NCBI RefSeq assembly: GCF_004010195.1
Contig: NC_057749.1
Coordinates: 19,089,538-19,153,537, forward strand
Direction of reading: 5' to 3'
Length of the DNA: 64,000 nt
From: Chiloscyllium plagiosum
Lineage: Eukaryota
Positions 54,363 to 64,000 of the stretch are shown here, piece after piece. Both the position numbers and the translations under genes were made by a program. The notes beneath the pieces were generated by a model, which was given only the letters and a program-made list of their open reading frames with translations, ran no database searches and was not told where the DNA came from. The stretch's first letter is position 1. Each line of letters begins with the position of its first letter.

Positions 54363-55579
54363 GAGGGTAGAGTTTACAATTGCAGCTGCCCAATGACTAT
54401 TAGTATCTACTGGTCATCCAAGGCAGAGGCACATACATTCATTAACTGACACCAAATATAGCAGGGATAAGACTAGTTTATCTGGTTTATATTAGAGATA
54501 CTAAACTACATCTGATTGTAGATTAGAAGCATTACATGCTTAATGTTATGCTAATCAAGTCCACTTAGACTGAATGAGAGACTGAAGTAAGTGACCAAAT
54601 AAAGGAAGTTTATTCCTGTCAATAGGCCTTGATCTTTAAAGACATTTTAGATAGTTATTTTGTTGTTCCATACAAGTTTGAGCAAGACTGATCTGTTCTC
54701 ACTGTATAGAATCTGCTCAGCTGCTTCCACATACAAAGTTTTAGGTTTGGTGGTGCATTTTGGACACTTTCACTAGCTGAAAGGATGGAACAAGACAAAG
54801 CTTAGATGGGAGATTTACTGAAATAATTAACTGAAAAGTCTTTTACCAGAAGATATGACCCAACTCTATCCCTCAGGACATTCGTAAATTTTACAGGATT
54901 ATGAATGACTATTCTAAAGACTCTCTGGACTTAAAACAAGAACTCAATGTCTCACTACAGATGCCACCAGACCTGCTTGTTTTCCAATGCTATTTTTAAA
55001 ATATGATTATTCATATGGATAAAAACAGCTAGCTTGACTTCAATTACATTCCTAGGTTACAAAAAAAGGTTAGTTATTTTTAACAGTAAAGAGAAAACAA
55101 AATACTGTATTAGCACCTATTAATACATCCTTCCAGAATTTGAAAGAAAAGTTAAAATATACATGTTTGTGCTAGTGATTTGGTTTAACAATGTCAGATA
55201 ACATAGGAAAAAACCATCATTCACGTATTTCATAGTTCCGATAAGAAAGCCCACCACGCTAGGTCTCGTTTAAGGATTATAATACATCGTTATAAAGTTT
55301 AAAAAAAAACCATAGACGATACAACACTGGCCTGACCCAGCAAATGATTAGCAAGAAGCTTTGTTTTTAATCATCTTTTGGGACTCATTTGGAACATGAC
55401 CAAAAAAAATCTGCGAAGGTAGAAAAGCAAAAAGAAAAAATATCCACAAACCAACAACTGAACGCAAACCTGCAGTGCTTGCTCCAAATGTAGAAAATGG
55501 TAACCCTGTAATACAGCTAGTACCAGTCGTGGCACTTCCGCTATTAAAGGCAAATAACTGTCCATCACAATGATGGAAC

Positions 55580-57000
55580 TGGCGGAAAGCCAATAGAAGC
55601 GTGGCAGTCGCCTCAAATAACGCGAACTAACCAACCACTACGGTGTTGGGGGCGGGACAGCCGGTGGGGCATTGCTTATTGGCCCAGCGAGTGGGCGTCT
55701 CGGTGGTTGGCAGTTTCTGGGTTCCAATCAAACACCTAGCTGGCCGAGGGGGCGGGGGCGCCTACCGCCAGCCAATCGCTCGTGCGGCGTGGGAGCTGGG
55801 ACTTCCGGCTCCCGGGGCTGGTGGGAGGGGGCGGTACCTGGTTGTCAGGTTACCGTCGACAGCTGGATGATTGACGGTGGACGCGGACCAATGGGCAGAC
55901 GGCGGGGCGACAGGCCTCGGCGGGGCGGGAGCCAATGGCGGTGAGGCAGGGAGGCGGGACTTCCTTCCGCGGCCCCCGCCGTTTGATTGACAGGCGGCGA
56001 GCGGACGAACAGACGGCCTCTGCTCCGAGCTGTTTGGGCTTTTTTTTTAATTCAACAGCTTCCCCCCCCTCCCCTTCCCCTTCCCCCTTCCACCGGGCCG
56101 GAGGGATTACTCCCGGCGGCGGTGCCGCTTCTTCCCCAGAGATTGTGAGAGGCAGAGGTGAGGGAGACGACTGCATCGGGGGGGTGGGAGCGGTGAGTGA
56201 AAGGCGCGGGCTGTGTGTGTGTGTGTGTGTGAGAGAGACACAGAGAGTGAGTGAGTGAGAGCGGGGCTGAGGTGTTCGCCGCCGCCGCCGCCGCCGCCGG
56301 GCGCCCTGGGGGCTGGCCTGCGATGCTCGCTTGGTGTGTGAGGGGAGGGGAGGCGAGCCGAGCCGCGGCCTGCACAACAATCGGCGCCTCGGGTTCGCGT
56401 TCTGAGAGAAGGGAGAGCCCGATCGGAGTGGGCTTGGAGGTGGTGGGGGGGGGTCTGGATTTGAGGGCATCCGAGGAGAGAAAGGGGCCGGAGGCGAGCT
56501 GGGGATTGGCGCTGAGGGCATCCGAGGAGGAGCCTGCACAGGGAAGGGGAGGGTACAGAGGACGGCCCTGCTTTCCTGGCCAAGGGGGGAGGTGGGGTGG
56601 ATTTACCGGGGGAGGGTGGGGGGGCTGCTGCTGCTGTCCTCTGCTTTTCGGTCCGTTTGTGGACGGGGCACCGAGGGAGGGATCTGAACCAGGCCGGGTG
56701 GGAGGTGGGTGGAGACTGAATACGTTTAGGGGCACGGCTAGTGATTTGGGGAGGAGCTGAGGGTGGCCAGCGGCAATCGGGACGGAAAGAGAGATTTGAC
56801 TGTGGGGCTGAGGCTTGACTCTGGGGCTCACCCCCTCATAAAACTTGTTATTGTCAAACTGGGCGAGACGTGTGAGGAACGGGGCTGATGTCTGGGGGTT
56901 CAGGTGGAACAGAATAAGCGCCCCGGCGCCTTCTTGGAGAGTCTAAAGTGCAATCAGAAAATCAGGGTAGAAGACGCGCAGCAAACAGGTTCGTCCTTGC
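55580..57000. promoter_or_regulatory. CpG island / promoter 2 with probable + strand non-coding exon 1 (about 56000-56157)
   Basis: Six CCAAT boxes (55590, 55678, 55724, 55772, 55888, 55932), GC boxes, ETS-like ACTTCCGG at 55801; donors GAG|GTGAGG at 56158 and GCG|GTGAGT at 56193, followed by G-rich intron-like sequence with (GT)n and (GCC)n. Confidence 0.88.
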
Positions 57001-58018
57001 GACTGAGTTTCTCATGAGTCAAGCTAAACGTTCACCAACTGAACTGCCACTTTGTCCTTTTTTAGATGCTGACGGGTCTAGGTAAAAGTGCCCAGTAATG
57101 ATCCCCCGTGTCTCCCTTCCATTGAGTGTTAAAGATTAGGGGTGACTGGGGTGGACAAAGTTAAAAATCGCACAACACCTGTTATAGTCCCAACAGGTTT
57201 ATTTGGAAGCACTAGCTTTCAGAGTGCCGCTCCTTCATCAAGTGGTAGTAGATTAGGAAGAATTTATTTGAGCAAGAGCAGGGAAGCACTCTCCAGTTTT
57301 CTTGCCAACATTTATGCCTCTACCAAAAAACAGTAAAATGGTTTGTATGGTCATTTAACTTGCTGTTTGTTTATGGCAGCTAGTTAACAGTTTTCTCAAT
57401 TAGAACAATGTCCACAATTTATTAGCTGCACATTGCATTGAAATGTGATCAAAGGCACCTTATAAATGCAAGTGTATTCCTAGTTGCAGTTTCTCAGGAT
57501 GTTTAAGGAAACACCTTTGTGGTCTTTTTGAAAATTCTTCAATATAGAACATTACAAGTAAAAACTCAGTAATCTAATTAACTTTCTACACAAACATAAG
57601 ATGTCTTCAGGTAAGAATAGTTGAGTAATACACAGAAGAGAAATAACGGTGTGCATCTGGGATTGCTGTACACAAGAATATGTGGAGTGGACTGTAGTGC
57701 AGAGGATCCTGGGCAATGATTGTAGGGTGGGGGCAAGACTGAAGTTTAAGGCGGAATTAATAAGAAGTAGATTCAGGACGAAAGGATCTGGATGCTGAAC
57801 ATAAAGTTGCAGCAATTACTTCATCCCTCAATACAATGAATAGATCTGTTGTTTTCAGAATAACTGGAGAAAAGATGGCATTATTTCCATTTGTTAAAGT
57901 TCCTCAGTCAAAGTGTTAAGCTTTATGGCCAATGTGGCAGTGTGCCCATCTAACCCTCCAGTAAACACCTTACACCTCTATTGGAACATAAAGTAATCAG
58001 TACTGATCAGGTTGATGC

Positions 58019-58184
58019 AGAGTTAAGAGAATGTGTTGCTGGAAAAGCACAGCAGGCCTGATGAAAAGTTCCGGCCTGAAACGTCGCTTTTCCTGCTCGT
58101 TGGATGCTGCCTGACCTGCTGTGCTTTTCCACAACACACTCTCAACTCTGATCTCCAGTATCTACAGACCTCATGGTCTCCTCC
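58019..58184. mobile_element. Fold-back PLE insertion (family A)
   Basis: Inverted arms; CTGATGA...GAAACGTC core at 58058-58085; apparent TSD TGATGCA. Confidence 0.75.
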
Positions 58185-60569
58185 TGATGCATAGATAGAT
58201 TTCCAGCTTGATTTTGTATTTAACTGTCACTACAGAATGGTGTGGTCCGTAATAGTGTAAGAAGTAACTCTAAATTGGACAGCAGCGCTTGATTTTTAAG
58301 TTTACTTGTGCTGTGTTTTATAGTTATTCACTGCATCATCTCTGGTGCTGGTGAGTTGCTGATGTGGGTTCACCTCAGGTCCATTAAATTACACATTCCA
58401 AGTTATGATTATAGCTAGGTTTTTCTAAATTCTATGGACTTATGGAATAATGCAGTGTTGTACACCTATTTGGTATGTTTAATATGAGGAGCTTCATGTG
58501 TCAGTTGGGAGATTCAAATGCACTAAAGTGTATTGGTTAGTGAAATGTTGTATTTGTAGACTTCATCGAAGAGTGGAAGAATTAATAGACATTGCAAATG
58601 AGGCTGGGATTATAGTAAATAGATTTGTCAGGCAAGGATGGCCAATGAGATTGTCCAGTTTAAAGCTTGAAAAAGAAAAGGGAGCTGGACTACTCTGATA
58701 AATGTTTGGTAGGAGGAGAAGCAGCAACAGCTTGTATCTATATAGTGCCTTTCATGCAATTTAAGCAGTCCTTTCACTGGACCATTGTAAAACAAGCATT
58801 GACCCCGGGTCACAACGTCATATTAAGGCTGACGACCAAAAGCTAGGCTGAGAAAATAAGTTTTAAGGAATTTTTTTTAGGAGGATAAGGGAGTTGGACA
58901 GGTGTACAATCATGGGTATTCAAGAGGCCAGAAGTTATGAATAATGAAGCTTTAAGGGTTCTGGGTCTGGATGAGATTACAGAGATTAAAAAGTGTAAAT
59001 TGTGCTGTTTTTGTTTATTTGGGGATCAACATTGTATATTAATTCAAAGATAATTGCTGAATGCTTCCACTTGTGTCTTATTTTGGAATTGAATGTGAAC
59101 TTTTCTTTCATAGAAAATTGTTTTATATAAAGATTTTTCATATGTTTTTCATTTAGTTATCGATATAAGGTTTAGTTAACAGACTTGTTGTGATAGTGAG
59201 ATGATGCCAACAGTGAGCACCAAACCTTTAGAAAAACTTGTGTGAAATGATTCCTATTCAGATTAACACAGTAAACTGAGATCATGGCAGCTGTTCAGTG
59301 CTGTCTAATATATATATTGGATTGACTGGTGATTTGAGAATATAATGGTCATCTCTGTTTGTGATTACAAACAACTTCTAATTTCCTATGTTTCAACATC
59401 AAGTCGTCAGTTTCTATTTTACCTGCCCGAAATGCAACTTTGTGACCTTTGATGAACAGAAGAATTTTACAACAAACCACTTTTGTTGCCTTCTGTCACT
59501 GTATATGGTGTAAAAGGAAGCTGAAAAGTAAACCCCTGAAGGATGTCTCACTGATTCTTGTAGTACTGCCATTTATCTTTGAAAGGCTGAGAATGCCATG
59601 TTGAATTTGTCAACTTGTTTTACTCTTGTGCCATAGAGTATAGTTTTGTCATCTAATCTTTGATCCATATCCATAGTGAATGGTGTGTTTTTATGTGTCT
59701 CATTTTAATGTAGGAGTATCACAGTTTATTGTTTAATATTCTGGCAACCATATTATTGAAAAATGATGGTGACTATAAACAAAATTTAACGTGTTTCTCC
59801 TTTTGCATTTGGATGAATTTTTGTGCAAAGGGAGTAGAGCAAATTTCTGCCTTTCCATTCTCAATATGTGATGTCTCTGAACCAGTGTATTACAAGTTAT
59901 GCAGACTAAAGTTCAAATGTGTTTTGATTTAGAAATGTCTTTTAGAAGGACACCTACTGTAACAGAAGGGCAATCTCATTCTCAACAACAGATATGCCAC
60001 AACGTCTTGATTGACGTTACCAGTGTAGTGCTGGTTAGCTGCTTATTTTTGTGAGTTTTCCCAGTGCAATCTCGAGAAAGGATATAAAATATTCAGGCTT
60101 TCTGTCTGGGAAACGAGAGTATTGTCATGCATTGTTTGTATTACATTACCTGTTTGCACAAACCTGCTTGGAGAAGTTACTAAGTATTGAACAAAAGAAT
60201 ACAAAGTAACTAACTTTCAAGTTTCCTCAGCTAGTAACTGTGTCTGATTAAATTATATTAAAAGATAGTTATTTTAGTGAGGTTCTTTGATTGTAAATAA
60301 TAGTCAGGGAAATACATTGTTATGTGGTTGGTAATGTGGAAACTTATGATGTAAATGACGGAAGTTTCTTGTGTCTAGGCCCACTTAAAGTTTTTGTTGT
60401 GACAGCTGATGAAACGAGTCATGCAACAGGCAGTGGGTGGAACCTAATATGCAGATTATAAAGTTTAGTTGACACTTAGAGTGCCGATACTTGGTTACGT
60501 AGATGTGCAGGACTATCAGAGCCATGTTACTGACTTCTGCCTTCCTGCTGCATTTTTGTTTGGGTAACT

Positions 60570-60935
60570 GGTATGTTGGAGTTTAGAAGAGTAAGAGGTG
60601 ATTTGATTGAAACATATAAGATCCTGAGGGGTGTGGACAATGTAGAAAGAGTGTTTTCTCTTGTGGCAGAACTTAGATCTAGAGGTTACAGTTTTAAAAA
60701 ATAAAGGATTGCCCATTTAAGACAGATGAGTAGAGTTTTTTATCTCATAATGGGTGGTGAATCTTTGGAACTTCGTTTGTAAGGAGGTAGAAGCAGAACA
60801 TTTGAATATTGTTAAAGCAGTGGTAGATATATTCTTCATAAACAAGGTTATCCAGAGTATGGAGGAATGTGGTGTAATCAGATCACCTATGATCCTGTTG
60901 AGTGGCTTCACATTTACTTCTAATTCATGTGTGTG
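60570..60935 (+). mobile_element. Eroded CR1 3' end
   Basis: GAGTTTAGAAGAGTAAGAGGTGATTTGATTGAAACATATAAGATCCTGAGGGG; VNLWN peptide. Confidence 0.75.
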
Positions 60936-63900
60936 TGCTTACTGTTTAAACTTCAGATTTACATTTTACCTGTGGAATATTTGGAAAAGCAGGCAATCCT
61001 TGGGGTTGTAGTTTTCCATTCTCCATGTGGACTGCAGTATCAATAATGTGGCAGTTATGCAGCTATTTCAGCACTATACTGGCGATTCTAAAAGTGCTTT
61101 GAATGTATTCTCATGCAGATATTCTCCATGTATCTGTGTGCTTATTTAACAATGAAGAGTCAGAAATGTTTTGAACATTTTGCTTTTTGTCTTACTGATT
61201 TTAGCAGTAATTGCATAAAAAGGTTAAATCTAAGAATCAAATATCTGCCTGGTATTGGTATCTGTGACTCATTTTTTATTTAGGAAATACAATCAGCAAC
61301 ATCTGTATTCCTAATTAACCACACGTGGCTAATATATTGCACACTGCTGTGCTAAGGCATACACTCCACAGACCTCTATAACCATCAACTGTTATCATTA
61401 ATTTTGATGCTGAGCCAACGTTTTCAGTGAAGTGGTGTTACTTTTTCATATTTTGGAGTACTTTTCCCTTGGCTGCAGTGGTCTGGAGGCCACATGAAGT
61501 TTATTGACATCTGATCAATGTCACTATTTCAGAGTTGGTTCACTTTAAGGCCTGTTTCTCTCCATTCACTTGTCAGTTGATCACAGATGCACAATAATAT
61601 CAACTGTGAATTTACCAGGTAATATATTTGCTGCAACCCTGACCACAGAAATGGCATGGCATAAAAATTTTGGAGTTCAATTACTTGGACCATGAGCACC
61701 GTTCTGATTATGCCCTTTACATGAATCCGATTGAACAAAAAGAAAATAAATTATTCTTCTCTTAGTACCTCTTATTTCTATCCCGCCACATCGCAGACCT
61801 TTGCAATGTATGTGTGGAGAAGTTTACAACAGCATGTTACATTTATATAGCATCAATAATGTAATAAAATGTCCCTCAGGAAGAAAATGCTTCTCTGTGG
61901 CATTATAAAATGCTGATCCATGTTGGTATAATATATTAGATCAGATGATTAAAGGTTTGGTCAAATAGAGAGTTTTTAAGGCTCTGCTTCCCAAACCTTT
62001 ACCCAGTACTACCCAATTTTAATGCATCAGACTTCATATGACTCCAGAGTGTAAATTTGCAGGTACAGAAGATCCATTGGGCAGACTTGAGGAATGGAAT
62101 GGGTTAGTTTTAGTTCTTGATTGGGGGTGGGGAGGGTATGTGGCAAGGTCGGCAAATTGGAGTTGAGAGTTGGGGGAAGTTGATGGAAAAGGCAGGATTC
62201 CTCAAAATAAAACTTAAACATTTATTTTTTTACGCACTTATAGTATTTTGCAGCAGCACTCGTGCTTATGAGAGCACTGCAGTATGCCAGTTGAAAAAAA
62301 CAGCTATTTAAAGGCTTGAAGCTGTTAGCCCTCACTCACTTGGCTGCTGTTATTCCTCTGAGCATGACACTCTAAAATCCTATCTTAGGATTCCTCCAAT
62401 GATATAACACAAGAGTTTTTGAAATACTAATTTAAGGGTTGTCTTAAAAAGAGCAAAGCGCAGTAGAAAAGTGCAACGTGGAACTCTGTAGTTAGGCTTT
62501 GTGAAATCCATGCTGTTCCATTCTCTTTGCAACATGCACTGAAACATTTTTAAAAACGTGACGGGCGAAATTTATAAAGGGGTTAGCTGGATTTGAGTTG
62601 AGGTGGTATATATTGTTTGGTCATCTTTAAACCTTCCTTCAAAAAGTGAGCAATGTATGTCAATCTGGTGAATTACTGCCATTCAATCCAAAGAAAGCAC
62701 ATGGCAGGGGTTTATACCTCATTGGACTCTCTTCAGGTTTGTGCTTTTTGAGGGCTGTATTCATCCAGTATTTCATTCTGTTATTCTGCTGTTAGCTTGT
62801 CGTTCAACTTTGATTAGCTGATAATGAACTGGTAAATTACTTGATGACACTAAAGCTAAATTTTAGTGTGAAACAACTACCCAACATAATAAAACTGCAT
62901 AAAGCATTTCAACAGCCTCCTTAAACAGAAACTGTTAAGGTTATTTCTAAAACTTTAATAGTCTTGATGTTTGTCAAAATTGAAATATTGTCACTTTTGC
63001 TGTAGGAATATTGTTGCTGAATGACCGGCATCAAAAGTTGTACTAATAGTTACAATGGTGTTCTTTAGTAATTACTGAAGTGTTTATTACATTTTTTATG
63101 ACAGTATAAGAACTTGACTGCTGAGAATGAAGTAGATGAGTGCAGTAGACTTAGGAAGTTACCCCATATAATTCAAAGTTCCAATTTAAAGTTACAGTAG
63201 TATGTTTATGTATAAATACTTTGTGTTATAATGAAGTTTGAAAATGTATTAACATGTTTACTTTTTGTTTATTGGTAAGACACAATTCTGCTAATTAATC
63301 TGTGATTTTTGGGATTGCATCTCTTATTTGAAATCAAGGGAAACATTATCAGAGGGTACAGAGATGGGGGTGAGGAAAGGAAATTCACCAGTACAAGAAA
63401 AGGCATGTTACTCAATCACTCAGACGAGCATCTCTAGTTAGAATGCATGTCTGTCAAAAACCTTTTGGGCACTCCAGCATTTTAGTTTCCAACAATAAAG
63501 CCAATAAGGATGAAACCCTTTTTAAAAGTTAGATTTGGGTGGAATATCATGGTTTGCAAGGTGCCATTTTGTGCATTCCTGCCTCTGAAATATAACCATG
63601 CTGCCTTCATCCTGTCTTGTTCCAAGTTCCCATAATTCTAGCCCTACCTATATTTGTTTCTGTCTATGAATGTATTTTTAAAAAATCCTCATTCATAGGT
63701 CCTTTTGTAGCTTTCCCTTTTTCTGTCCTGCTCTTCATTTCCTCATTCTGGCTGCTTTGTAATACTTGGCAGAGCATTCAAACCTCCACACTTCAACTCA
63801 TTTGGCCTCTTCCTCATGTTCAGAAGCCTATTCAACCTTTGGGCACTTTCCAGCTTGGCATTTGTTTTTTCCAGATCCCCTTGTTTAAAAGAACATTGAA

Positions 63901-64000
63901 TTGGTTCACTACTACACGAAAGACAGTATATAAGTGGACATTGTAGTCCAGTAACTTCAGAATTTTTTTTATGTTTCATGTTGTTTCGCGCAACTGCCTG

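Noticed and set aside
55420..55442. AGAAAAGCAAAAAGAAAAAA resembling MALAT1/NEAT1 triple-helix tracts
   Set aside because: No matching U-rich partner motifs in the right order and no downstream tRNA-like element.
55643..56831. Long ORFs (up to 259 aa) in island 2
   Set aside because: Same GC artefact; they run through (GT)n and (GCC)n microsatellites.
62248..62300. CAGCAGCAC miR-15/16-like seed
   Set aside because: No complementary arm forming a pre-miRNA hairpin.
1..64000. CRISPR arrays, operons or other prokaryotic systems
   Set aside because: The sequence is vertebrate-type; recurring palindromes are dispersed PLE repeats, not regularly spaced repeat-spacer arrays.

Overview
Repeat-dense eukaryotic genomic DNA, very probably from a cartilaginous fish (shark), judged from HE1-type SINEs, Deu-domain SINEs, CR1 LINEs and shark-type Penelope elements. 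No recognisable known protein-coding gene is present, and most ORFs in the track are TE fragments, N-gaps or GC-rich noise. Main structure: (1) 1-35 kb is a nest of CR1 LINE fragments, tRNA-derived SINEs and Penelope-like elements (PLEs), many with readable target-site duplications (TSDs). (2) Several PLE families carry minimal hammerhead-ribozyme cores, often in short fold-back insertions. (3) A small CpG-rich CCAAT promoter near 29.8 kb precedes two well-formed minus-strand exons that splice into an unrecognised single-pass membrane peptide. (4) Two large CpG-island promoters (about 35.7-37.7 kb and 55.6-57.0 kb) have apparently non-coding first exons. (5) Between and beyond them lies a CpG-poor domain in which older repeats carry many short microhomology deletions, suggesting transcription-associated mutagenesis. 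I could not identify the gene(s) driven by the islands. Repeat boundaries without a TSD are approximate and family names are from recognition, not database search.
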